A DNA stretch of 64,000 bases from Trypanosoma brucei (taxonomy: Eukaryota), in contig CH464491.1 of assembly GCA_000002445.1 (NCBI GenBank), forward strand, positions 448,001-512,000. The letters run 5' to 3'. Shown here one piece after another: positions 1 to 9,714 of the stretch. The translations under genes were made by a program, and so were the position numbers. The notes beneath the pieces were generated by a model. The model searched no databases. It was not told the DNA's origin and was given only the letters and a program-made list of their open reading frames with translations. How positions within the stretch are numbered: the stretch's first letter is position 1; each line of letters begins with the position of its first letter.

Positions 1-3000
1 AATGGAAATTTGTATTTTAGTTGTAAGAGTAATGATTATTATATTGCGCTCATTCATGTTACAACTATACCAAATGGACATCTTGTTATTTTGTACTTCA
101 TTCTAACTTTATAACGACATACTCTCACACACATATATTGAATAAATTATTTTGATTATCATTTACTGACAGAAATAACAAAGAAACTTTATTATAAATT
201 ATATCAGAGCGGCATCTTGAGCACCAAGTTATTACAAGGGAAATTATTTTACAACACATTACGTTTCTTGTAAATCTTTTTTTTATACTTGATACAGACA
301 GACATATATTCTCAAGCAGTTCAACGAAATTACACTGCTTCATTAAAATATTTTAACTTATTGTATTTGTTTTGTAATAACATAATTTATCCTATTACAT
401 TTCCTTTCGGAGCTATTTGAACTAACCGTTTATGAAGATGTCATACATTCTGAAGCCTCTTGTACACAAGAATGAAGTGGCGCTGTTCCAATAGAAAATC
501 TTACTTCCCTATCTGGCCTTTGTTTTGTAACGTAACGTTGGCTTGTAATATTTTATGCCCCAAGATGTAACGAACCGAGAAGAAATTTCGTTTGTTTTAC
601 AGACGCCTCCAAATAACCGCAACTGTATGTTTGTTATTTTCTGGATTGTTGAGTCGTCCCCTGCTCTTTTTGCAACATTGAAACCCATTACTTTTCTTCA
701 CTAGTGCGGAATATATTCTATGTTGATGTTTTGTTGTTACTTGGTGATATTTGCGTACCCTACTACTGTAAGATAGCGAAGTAGAAGAACTACATTTCTA
801 AGGGTCGGAGGTTTCTGTTCCTACAGAAGTAAAAGAGTGTTGTGTTTCAAGGGATGCGTGCGCGGTGTGGCAATGTTGTTGAGCAGCGATACTGTCTTGA
901 ACCCATGAAACCAAAAGGTGGAGAATATTTGGCCCCTCAAGGGTAATTATCATAGCATTCCGTGTGTTATTTTTTATAATGGAACTGAAGTGAGCCAGGT
1001 GGGTTTTTTAAATCTTCATACATGAACAGTGGTGTCAATTACCTCCTAGTGCATGCATGATACCGTCTTTCATATATGGATATTGAACCTACCAAACACC
1101 CAATGAATACGACCTTACGCCGTGCGTCACTTGTCTTCAATATTTTGAATGTTGTGTTCACTTAACTTTTCTCACCCTCAATAGTGTTGGAGGTGTGGAT
1201 AAGACTCAGAAAACGCGATACAGTTACGCTACAGAACAATGAAGTAGAGGGTAACGTGCTGATGGCAAAATTTTTACTTTCAATGCCTTTGCGGCCGGCG
1301 TCCTTTCCTCCTCGGTGAAACTCACGATTTTCCTTTCAACATCCCTGCGTTAGATGCATGGCACGCGAAAACATAACCATACCCACATGCAACCGTGTGC
1401 ATTAGGAGTGTGCATAACCGGGATGTTGGGAAAGAGCCCCCGATGCGACGCCGTATCATTTATGACTATGCCGGTGGTCGAAAACAGGGAACTTCCTCGT
1501 TCTCATTGGGCCCACCCATTCATAAGGTCTGGCGGTCGGGGATGGCCTTAATGCGACAGGTACACGTACGGCGACGCTGGAGACGGCTGCATTGTCAACG
1601 GGTAAGCCAAGTTCCTCTATGCGTCCTAATCTTTAGAGTTTTTGGCAGTCGGTTGGTTGAGAGCTCCTGTTTTGAAGAAAAGTAGCCATACCATCTGTTC
1701 TCTGAAGTGCTAAGGGTATCGCGTTTTCTTCCCGAACTCGAAGACGCACTACTTTGGGGATATATAGACTGGCTGTCATTCAGTGCGGATGTTGAGCACA
1801 ACCAAGGGTCCAAATTTTCACAGATGTTAATGAGGTGCCGGGGATCTTTCCCAGTCGAAAAGGCTCGAAATGATCGAGCATTCATGTGACTTCGAAGTCG
1901 ACTTCCACCTTCCGTAAACACAACCACGTACCGGAGTGGGCGAACACATACATTTCATGACGCCCTCGTGTTGGAATAGTATGGTTTCCCATAGGAGAAT
2001 GAACGTCCATACAGATCAGGAATAACAATGGTGCAATACAAAGTCAAAATCCTGTGGTGACCCCTCGGAGTATCAGTCACGTTTTCGCTTACAAAGAAGG
2101 TGCAAACTACGCTCGTGTGTATGCGGTCCCTGGGCCTATTCGCAGCAGTTATGTGTTGCAATCTCACTGCGGGGTCCAATGCGTATTTTAAAGGGCCAAT
2201 TAGAAAAACTTATACGTGGACTTACACAACTAATCCTTTGTCAGTTGATCCAGGTAAACTTTATCAGCAACAGGGTCATGCGGCTGTTCTTTATGGAATG
2301 TAATGGTGGGAAATAGGGGTGAGACCGTGAGGATATTTCGAAACTGCAAATCGTTAGTGAAACAGAAGGGAAAGGGAAAACATTACAGAATAAACTGGTA
2401 AGAACTGATACTCTAAATAAAGGTTGAGAGGGATCTCGCAGAACTGAGTGCAGTTTTGAGCGGTGATTGACAAAAGGCTGTCTCATTAGTTGATTGAGGA
2501 AGAAACTTACGTACCTGGTCCAGTGTGTCGCTTCCTTCTCTTCACTCTAACGGCAACATTGCATTAACTGAATTCTGCAGCTGTTGAGGGGGATGGGCAC
2601 GCAAAAGTACCTTATGTGTTTGGAGGCGCGGGCAAAACCAGGAAAAAGTAGTTCTCGTCACCCTGGTGAGTTTCACCCTCTTCCGTGCAGGTTTGTCTTT
2701 TAGCGTTTTCGGTACCGTTTTCAACATTGCTGTTGGCGCTGCTTCCACGCGGCAACTGCATCCCAATATTCAGATGTCCCTTTAATCCTGTATTTTTCCA
2801 TGTTGCCGATGATTATCGTTTCTGTGCCCGATGAAGCGTCTAAACTCACCAGTTCATTTGTTGAAACTTTTCACTCCTTCTTATTGAATATCCCTATTTT
2901 TTGCGGCGTATGAGAGCCCTCCCCCATTCGTCTTTTGCGTTTGCTTTTATACCCACCCACGGAAAGCAAATTTATTTTCTCCTCGGAATCAACATCCAAG

Positions 3001-5822
3001 GAGCTTTAAGTGTGGAGTGCACCCTGATTTTCGCCTTCGGAGCACCAGACCTCCACTGTATTCAGCCATTCAGGTATTGGATGACTTCTAGGATATTGCC
3101 GGTTTATTATGTCTGAAAAGCATCCTTTTTGGCACTTGACGTGAGGCGGTATTCCACAGCCCACTTTTTTGGTCTTTTCAAACAAATATCAGTCGTGCTT
3201 ATTTGAGCATATCTTGTTTGTTTGCGTGCGACGAAATCTCAGCAATCGTGTATGCCGACTGAGCTTCCTTGCTTTTCGCTTTCTCCCCGCTTGAAATGGA
3301 AACGGAGAACCGTAGAAATAATACCATAGTCCATCTTTGCTTAGATGGGTCGAGAGTGGAAAGCTGTCGGTGTTTCTTGGGAGTTTTGCTCAGGTGATAG
3401 CACAACTCTTGGCTTTATGAATCTTGTCGTCGCTGCCGCCGCCATTTGCCACACATAGATTGGTACCCCTTCGGTTGCCACAATGCGGCGCCAAACAGAT
3501 TTGGCGTATTGGCATCGCTCACCATTTTTCCACGACTCGTGAAAGCGCATGGCTCTCGAGTGCTCGGTCCAAGTGATTTGTACTCCACCTCCGCCGGCAC
3601 TTCCGTAAAGTGTCCCGTTTATCGCTCGGTCACAAATTACAGAACCTGCTATAACTTACCTCTAAATTCTCCTCGTCCGAATTGAGTCACTGTGAGTTCC
3701 ATTTCGTAACTGAATAAACTGTGCGCGAGTCCAGGGATCACGTTCAGTTCTTTGCCCGGTCGTCCCATCATTATGAGCCCGGACCCGACACAGACGTATG
3801 AGGAACAGTGCATGTCGACTCTACACTCCCCGATAAAGTGTTGTTTACTCCGTTTTGTTTTTGAGGGGGCTGTGAGAAGAACTGCCAAGCCCATACCCAT
3901 TGCCAAGTAATGTACAAAACTCATCGATCCCCATTTTCATACCACGGTTAAGAGAAGCGTCGCAAAGAGTGAGTTTTTGAAACGCCCACCGAACCCAACC
4001 GTCACCGCCTCCGCGCGGGAGGCAGGTTAAGGGCACTTCCACCACCTTCTTTACCGCCAGTAAATTAACTTCCATACAATTGAGGACTCGCACACTACAG
4101 AAATCCCCCTCCCAAGCAATTTTAACGGCCGGCGTTGTAGGCACAACAAAGGTTAAAATATTACTCCTCCTGCTCGTTTTCTCTTCATTCAACACAAAAA
4201 AGGCAATGTATGGACTGTTCTGCCCGTTTTTTTTTTTTTGAGAGAGAGGGATAGTGAGGCTTCTGCAGCGGTAAAATTGCGAGTCAAGTGTTACCACGCT
4301 GTGGGAGGACACGACGTATAATGAAGGAAACTTTTTTTTTGCTTGCGGGCGGTTTAAAGGGATATGCGTTTAAACCATTATATCTTGAGTGGGTGGCGCC
4401 CGAAAAAGATCGCGAAGCAGGCATGAAGCTTGCGAAACTTCTTGGGGCTCAAAGGACCAACGACACGGTGAACTTGACAAAATTTGAGGGATGTAGAAGC
4501 TACATGTTGAGGAGAGCACAATGCATTAGCACGGTTCCCTAGGGCACTGGCTTTATGGAAACGGTGGTAAGATACCCGCTGGGGAGGCGAGCCAAACGTG
4601 CATTCATTTGGTGTATGGACTGCTAATAAACAAATGTAACAGGCGGAAGTCGGAGTTGTCGCACGCGGTGAGGCACCCCGTTGAGACGGAAGTATGGACC
4701 GAAACAACCCTCACATATAAAATGAAGCGTTCGCGTCACCCCCCCCCCCCCAGCGGCAGACATTGGCATATATGCGTTCGCGCTTGCACTTCATGTCAAT
4801 TTCGCCACTGAAAGGAGCACTCCATCCTGCGTGTGTGTGTGTGTGTGCTTGCCTGTGCATCTTTTTTCGAACGCCGTTGTTTTTATGTACGAAACGGAGG
4901 GCGGGGAGGGAGGGGAATCCCAGGTGGAAGTTATATTTCATGGCAGGGGAATATTGCTGACAGAATACTGTTACCAGTGCCCCGGCTGGTGGGGTTCGCC
5001 AACACGAAAGGACAATAGTGAAAAAAAATAAGGACTGGGGGAATAAAAATTTACAGAAGTTACACAGTTAAAAACACCATGAGCAATCGACGATTTCCAG
5101 ACCCTCTAGCACCACGATTCGGAGGTATTATTACACATTCCAGAATTTGTAGAGGTTCAAATTCAAGTTCCACGGTTCCAGTAATCCATCAGCCCTCACA
5201 AAACGTGTAAAGAAGCGCCAAGTTACTTCATGAGTCTCATCCGACCCATCTCATTCACGCTTTTCAAATACATACACTACAAAAAATCTACTCCCTCCGG
5301 TCTCCACAGGACGCACAAATTTGTCAGCGTGAACCCTGGTCCATGACGTAGAAAGTGTCTTGCGCCACCCGAAATACGTGGCTGAAGGATTTCGCGGGAC
5401 GGATACAAACCCCGCTGGGTAAAAGTGTGTGGGAGTTATCGTGCCTTCCGGGACCTATCTCCACAGCACATGTTTTCACCTCAGGGCAAAACGCATGTGG
5501 CCGCCTCATGCGAAATGGCATATCGGGAACACACCGCACACAGCACATCGGATACTAGCACCTACTCGACTACAAACAAGTAGAAAACGCACATGCATAG
5601 TACATTACGCCCCAGCAACGGGGGTCCTCCCCATTGATGGACGTGATGCGTGCCGAAGAACGTGGACTGTAATTTTACCCGAGGTGTAAGCGCGATGAAT
5701 CACACCTCGGGTAAAATTACAGTCCACGAGCCTCGTCCACACGACCGGATGGGCAACTGCGTTGGAAACTACTTATGAAACAGAGTTAATAGTTTCTTTT
5801 GTTTAGAGGCGGGGGTCACACG
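1..5822. other. ORF-poor, apparently non-coding region downstream (3') of the minus-strand gene array
   Basis: No ORF longer than 155 aa in any frame over 5.8 kb, whereas long minus-strand ORFs are almost continuous from 5823 onward. The first ~400 nt are AT-rich. C13 run at 4739-4751 and (GT)n at 4831-4847. Confidence 0.45.
5661..5728. other. Perfect 27-bp inverted repeat (potential stem-loop with 14-nt loop)
   Basis: cgtggactgtaattttacccgaggtgt (5661-5687) is the exact reverse complement of acacctcgggtaaaattacagtccacg (5702-5728). The loop is 5688-5701. It lies 95 nt beyond the stop codon of the last minus-strand gene. Confidence 0.95.
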
Positions 5823-7010
5823 CTATTTTCTCAGTGGTCGAATAAGCCATCTAGGGTCTGAAATGTCCGAGAGAGGGCACACACCACTAAGTTTCATATA
5901 CCGGCGTGCGCCCCACACAGTGTGGACTTCTACAGAGCTATTCTCCAATAGACGTCTGTAGGCATTTTTCTGTTGGAAGGAAGAATCTCGAAGGGCTCTA
6001 AACCAACTTGTTTGGTTGAGATATTTGGGCATCAGGTTCCTCCACGCACTAATTGAGGTTGGGAAGTGCAAAACCACGCCACTTTCGACCGAAACACTGT
6101 GGGGATAATGAAAAAAACGCGTCTCGTAATCGAGGGATATAATTCCCCTTCGCAGCAGTAATTTTGGCTTCACATGCTTCGGCCTACTGACGCTCCATGT
6201 CAACACTATAGTCCACATAGTTTGATCACATAGCCAAATAAGGCTCTGGCGTCTCAAATTAAAGAAAACTTTCAAAGCCTCTTTTAGCGCCCACACTCTG
6301 GCTATCACGCCTCCGCCATTAAGATACGACCTTCCCGATTCATTTACCCTTAAAATATTTTCAACTCCCACACCCCTTGTTGCATCCATTGCGTCATCAA
6401 ACAACTTCTTACAGTTTTGAAACTCCGACCTCCCCTCCGGCTTCACCATGATATTCAGCTGAGGAGTAGCGCAACCCTTCTCAGCGGTAAACAACATTGG
6501 AGGTGTCATTTCTCCTCTTAAAATAGCCGTCTCGTTGAACGCTTCAGGGATTTTTGGTGTAGTGTCGAGGAAATGCTTCACTGCCTCCTCCCTAACACCT
6601 GCATCGGTGAAATAGGTATCTCCCCCATCGAACAACATAATCACATCACTTTCGCGCATCTTCTCACGCACCATGTAACTATAAATCCAGTCCCACCTCT
6701 TCACATGCCCATACCAGCCTCCCATGCCCAGTGTCGCAACCGATGCATTAGTGAGTATAGAACTTACAATCATCCTGCACCACCCCGGAGAGTACCTCGT
6801 GTGCACCACAGCATAATACACCCTCGGCGTATAATTTCTACCACTGTCTTTCTTTCTTAACAACGTCCCTGTTTCCTTGTTCCTCACGCTCATTTCTCCC
6901 AAAAACCAGAGCACAGTTAGCAGCATCACCCCCACCATCGCGGCATATAGTCTTCCCCTTGTGCCCCCATAAATTGCCCTAGCCCCTTTCAACATATAAA
7001 AACTTCGCAA
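5823..7010 (-). CDS. Type II membrane protein, putative glycosyltransferase (LH3/PLOD N-terminal GT-like), tandem paralogue 1
   Basis: 395-aa ORF with an N-terminal hydrophobic anchor (LYAAMVGVMLLTVLWFLG). The motif series TLGMGGWYGHVKRW / DVIMLFDGGDTYF / MLFTAEKGC / YLNGGGVIARVW is colinear, from memory, with TLGLGEEW / MIIMFVDSYDVI / LLFSAESFC / FLNSGGFIGF of lysyl-hydroxylase-type GT domains. Alignment to the paralogue suggests the true start is Met6 (6995). Confidence 0.8.
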   Translation of the reverse strand: MRSFYMLKGARAIYGGTRGRLYAAMVGVMLLTVLWFLGEMSVRNKETGTLLRKKDSGRNYTPRVYYAVVHTRYSPGWCRMIVSSILTNASVATLGMGGWYGHVKRWDWIYSYMVREKMRESDVIMLFDGGDTYFTDAGVREEAVKHFLDTTPKIPEAFNETAILRGEMTPPMLFTAEKGCATPQLNIMVKPEGRSEFQNCKKLFDDAMDATRGVGVENILRVNESGRSYLNGGGVIARVWALKEALKVFFNLRRQSLIWLCDQTMWTIVLTWSVSRPKHVKPKLLLRRGIISLDYETRFFHYPHSVSVESGVVLHFPTSISAWRNLMPKYLNQTSWFRALRDSSFQQKNAYRRLLENSSVEVHTVWGARRYMKLSGVCPLSDISDPRWLIRPLRK

Positions 7011-7128
7011 AAAAAAAATGGATTTACTTGGAGAAGGGTGATGCTTTTCCCCTCAACTCGGACACAGTGCGGATGCGTTTTTTTTTTTTTTAACTCTGGC
7101 GAACGGTTCGTAAAAATTCCGTGCGATG

Positions 7129-8292
7129 TTACTTTTTCAACTGCCCACTGAGCCAACTGGGGTCGGAGATGTTAGATATGGGGCATACGGTACTTAACTT
7201 AGCGTCTTTGCGGGAACCCCAGAAAGTGTACATCTCCACAGTGGAATTTTTCAGCAAACGAATGGAGGCCTCCCGCTTGGGGGAAGAATTGCTCAGTGCT
7301 CTATACCAATTTATCTCACTCAGATACTGTGGCAATGTACGCTTCCACACGTGAACTGGTCCCGCAAAATGCAGTATCATTCCACTCATAACCATCGTCT
7401 TGGATGGATAAAGGAAGTAACGCGTCTCATAGTCAAGAGATATTAGCCCCCTTCTCACCAACAGCGCTGGCTTTATATTCTCCGGCCTGGTGATACTCCA
7501 TATTAGCAAGAGTGCCCACATTGACTGGTCGCAACCCCAAACAAACTTTTTTTTTCTGAGGTTAAAGAATGCCTTCAGAGCCTCTTCTAGTGCCCACACC
7601 CTGGCAATTATTCCTCCCCCGTTGAGATACGATCTTCCCGATTCATTCGCCCTTAAAATAGAACGCAACCCTGTGCGATTGGAAACTACGAACGCCTCGT
7701 TGTACAGTTTACTGCACTGATGAGCGCGCTCGCTCTTAGGTGTCTTTACCATGAAATGACTTTGAGGGGTGAAACAGAAATTTTCGGCGGCCATCAACAT
7801 TGGAGGTGTCATTTCCCCTCTTAAAATAGCCGTCTCGTTAAACGCTTCAGGGATTTTTGGTGTAGTGTCGAGGAAATGCTTCACTGCCTCCTCCCTTACA
7901 TCCTCCCCTGTGAAGACCGTATCGCCCCCATCAAATATCACAATCACGTCACCCTCACTCATCTTCTTCTGCCGTAGGTACCGGTACAACCACAACCACC
8001 TGCTCACATGCCCATACCAGCCTCCCATGCCCACTGTGGCAACGCTCACATTAGTGAGTATCGAACTTACAATCATCCTGCACCACCCCGGCGCGTACCT
8101 CGTTTCTGCAACAAGAAAAAACACCCTTGGTATGTGATTACCGTAACTTCCATCCTTCTTCCCCTCCACGCTAGTTTCCCCACTCCCTACATTTCTTAAC
8201 CCCAACCACCAAAAAAATAACATCAGCACCAACCCCATAACATACAACCTGCCCCTTGAATCCCCATAGAATTCCCTAACACCTTTCAGCAT
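7129..8292 (-). CDS. Type II membrane protein, putative glycosyltransferase (LH3/PLOD N-terminal GT-like), tandem paralogue 2
   Basis: 387-aa ORF with an N-terminal anchor (LYVMGLVLMLFFWWLGL). It carries the same motif series as 5823..7010, with identical blocks such as KHFLDTTPKIPEAFNETAILRGEMTPPML and WCRMIVSSILTN. Confidence 0.8.
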   Translation of the reverse strand: MLKGVREFYGDSRGRLYVMGLVLMLFFWWLGLRNVGSGETSVEGKKDGSYGNHIPRVFFLVAETRYAPGWCRMIVSSILTNVSVATVGMGGWYGHVSRWLWLYRYLRQKKMSEGDVIVIFDGGDTVFTGEDVREEAVKHFLDTTPKIPEAFNETAILRGEMTPPMLMAAENFCFTPQSHFMVKTPKSERAHQCSKLYNEAFVVSNRTGLRSILRANESGRSYLNGGGIIARVWALEEALKAFFNLRKKKFVWGCDQSMWALLLIWSITRPENIKPALLVRRGLISLDYETRYFLYPSKTMVMSGMILHFAGPVHVWKRTLPQYLSEINWYRALSNSSPKREASIRLLKNSTVEMYTFWGSRKDAKLSTVCPISNISDPSWLSGQLKK

Positions 8293-8462
8293 ACAAACAG
8301 ATGTCTCTAAGAAATAAAAGGGTACGCACCCAGTGAGTGGACAACTACACGTTAAATCAAGGGAAACGAATAGTTAATGTTAAACATTAGTTTCCCAACA
8401 GTTAAGGCATGTAAATCCGGCACACCACAACACCAAAAACACATAAATATGTGCAACACCGA

Positions 8463-8526
8463 TTATCTCGGGATGCTGATGCTCCCACTCGCCTACATAT
8501 GAAGGCAGTGGGTCTCAATGCATACC
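8463..8526 (-). ncRNA. H/ACA-like (AGA-box) snoRNA candidate 2, copy 1
   Basis: Repeat copy of 9454..9517 (offset -991). ttatctcg at 8463-8470. This is the first element inside the array. Confidence 0.55.
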
Positions 8527-8617
8527 TCGTTAAATGTGAACCCAACGATAACGATATTCTGTGGGACAGATTCAAATAGATGAGACAACAGAGTAGTGTG
8601 CAGGCATTCAATACGTA

Positions 8618-8723
8618 CAACAGTCAGACCTGTTGAGTTTGATTTAGTATTCAATAAGCGCGCTCATAAAGTAAGGCATATTGACCTTCACGTACACATA
8701 ATCGTTGTTTCCATCACACTGCC
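8618..8723 (-). ncRNA. C/D box snoRNA candidate B, copy 1
   Basis: Repeat copy of 9609..9714 (offset -991). D box complement tcag at 8624-8627. Confidence 0.5.
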
Positions 8724-8966
8724 GCGTCTGTTGTGCATTCCCCCCATTTTCTTATCCACCTTCCCACCCAGATACCACAAACAAACCGCATGATCTCTCT
8801 TACACTTTCGAGCCAATACCGTCACCGAAAGTATACTGACAGGCAGCCAGACAGGGTAAGATTTGGTTCTAATGACATAATGCTGCGTAGAGCAAAGGTA
8901 GTGGGGGGGGGGAAAAAAAAGGATGTGGAGAGGGATGGAGGAAGGAAGGGAACGAGCTGCATAGCA

Positions 8967-9070
8967 GGCCATTGCTCAGCCGAAAGGTGATTTTTGATGT
9001 TCCGTTATCAATGCATCGCTCAAACTGTTTGGACCTCGAACAACAATTATGCATCACAGCATCAGTGGCC
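8967..9070 (-). ncRNA. C/D box snoRNA candidate C, copy 1
   Basis: Repeat copy of 9957..10060 (offset -990). ggcc starts at 8967. Confidence 0.4.
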
Positions 9071-9195
9071 AAAAAGAAAACTAGTAGCACACATATACAC
9101 ACACACGAACATAAACATAAACATAAACATAAACAGGGATGAATGACCTATGAGGAAGAGGGTGGATAAAAACAAAATAATAAGGATGGATGATA

Positions 9196-9290
9196 CTCGA
9201 TTCAGTGTGAGCTGAGTTAAAAATTATGTCTTCAAAATGGCTCTACTGCCGTCAGGCTGACAGGAAACTATTGACTGTCATCATTAGAGG
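9196..9290 (-). ncRNA. C/D box snoRNA candidate A (guide to conserved LSU rRNA GUGA*GCUGGGUU)
   Basis: Minus strand: CCUCUA-AUGAUGA(C box, 9278-9284)-22 nt-CUGA(D')-17 nt-UGAAGA(C')-23 nt-CUGA(D box, 9202-9205)-AUCGAG. The flanks CUC/GAG can pair. The 12 nt upstream of D (AACUCAGCUCAC) pair with LSU rRNA GUGAGCUGGGUU, including one G.U. Confidence 0.75.
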
Positions 9291-9325
9291 GGAAGATAAT
9301 GCATTTGAGTGCCAAAACTACAAAT

Positions 9326-9400
9326 GGCTCTCGCGCAACAGGACAGGGGCCACATCCCCACGGCATTAAATGGTTGCCACTGGCCCAAGGGATGCTGCGC
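9326..9400 (-). ncRNA. H/ACA-like (AGA-box, single-hairpin) snoRNA candidate 1
   Basis: Minus strand, 75 nt. Lower stem GCGCAGCA/UGUUGCGC (8 bp, one G.U). Pocket UCCCUU / CUGUCC. Upper stem GGGCCA/UGGCCC (6 bp) with a 28-nt apical region containing GGCA/UGCC. The hairpin is followed by G-AGA-GCC. AGA lies 15 nt from the top of the pocket and 3 nt from the predicted 3' end. Confidence 0.6.
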
Positions 9401-9453
9401 TGTATTGTTTCAACAGCACATAAGCAAAAACACATAAATATGTGCAACACCGA

Positions 9454-9517
9454 TTATCTCGGGATGCTGATGCTCCCACTCGCCTACATATGAAGGCAGT
9501 GGGTCTCAATGCATACC
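9454..9517 (-). ncRNA. H/ACA-like (AGA-box) snoRNA candidate 2
   Basis: Minus strand, 64 nt. Lower stem GG(U)AUGC/GCAUCC. Pocket AUUGAGA / AGCAUCA. Upper stem CCCACUGCC/GGC(G)AGUGGG (9 bp, one bulge) with a 10-nt loop. The hairpin is followed by CG-AGA-UAA. AGA lies 15 nt from the top of the pocket and 3 nt from the predicted 3' end. Confidence 0.55.
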
Positions 9518-9608
9518 TCGTTAAATGTGAACCCAACGATAACGATATTCTGTGGGACAGATTCAAGTAGATGAGACAACAGAGTAGTGTGCAGGCATTC
9601 GATACGTA

Positions 9609-9714
9609 CAACAGTCAGACCTGTTGAGTTTGATTTAGTATTCAATAAGCGCGCTCATAAAGTAAGGCATATTGACCTTCACGTACACATAATCGTTGTT
9701 TCCATCACACTGCC
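9609..9714 (-). ncRNA. C/D box snoRNA candidate B (guide to conserved LSU rRNA CCUGUUGAG)
   Basis: Minus strand: GGCAG-U-GUGAUGG(C-like box, 9702-9708)...UUGAAUA(C'-like)...CUCAACAGGU-CUGA(D box, 9615-9618)-CUGUU. The 5-bp terminal stem GGCAG/CUGUU has two G.U pairs. Guide positions 2-10 upstream of D pair perfectly with CCUGUUGAG of the conserved LSU motif GACCCUGUUGAGCUUGAC. Looser complementarity continues to ~22 nt. Confidence 0.5.

Noticed and set aside
3845-4312. The 155-aa minus-strand ORF as a real gene in the left region.
   Set aside because: It is isolated, lacks recognisable motifs and abuts other short out-of-frame ORFs. At most it is a pseudogene remnant, so it is mentioned under the ORF-free region rather than called.
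5153-5166. tRNA B-box-like GGTTCAAATTC, as a hint of a tRNA gene in the ORF-free region.
   Set aside because: The flanking sequence cannot form a T-stem (AGAGG versus TCAAG), and no D-arm or acceptor stem is present.
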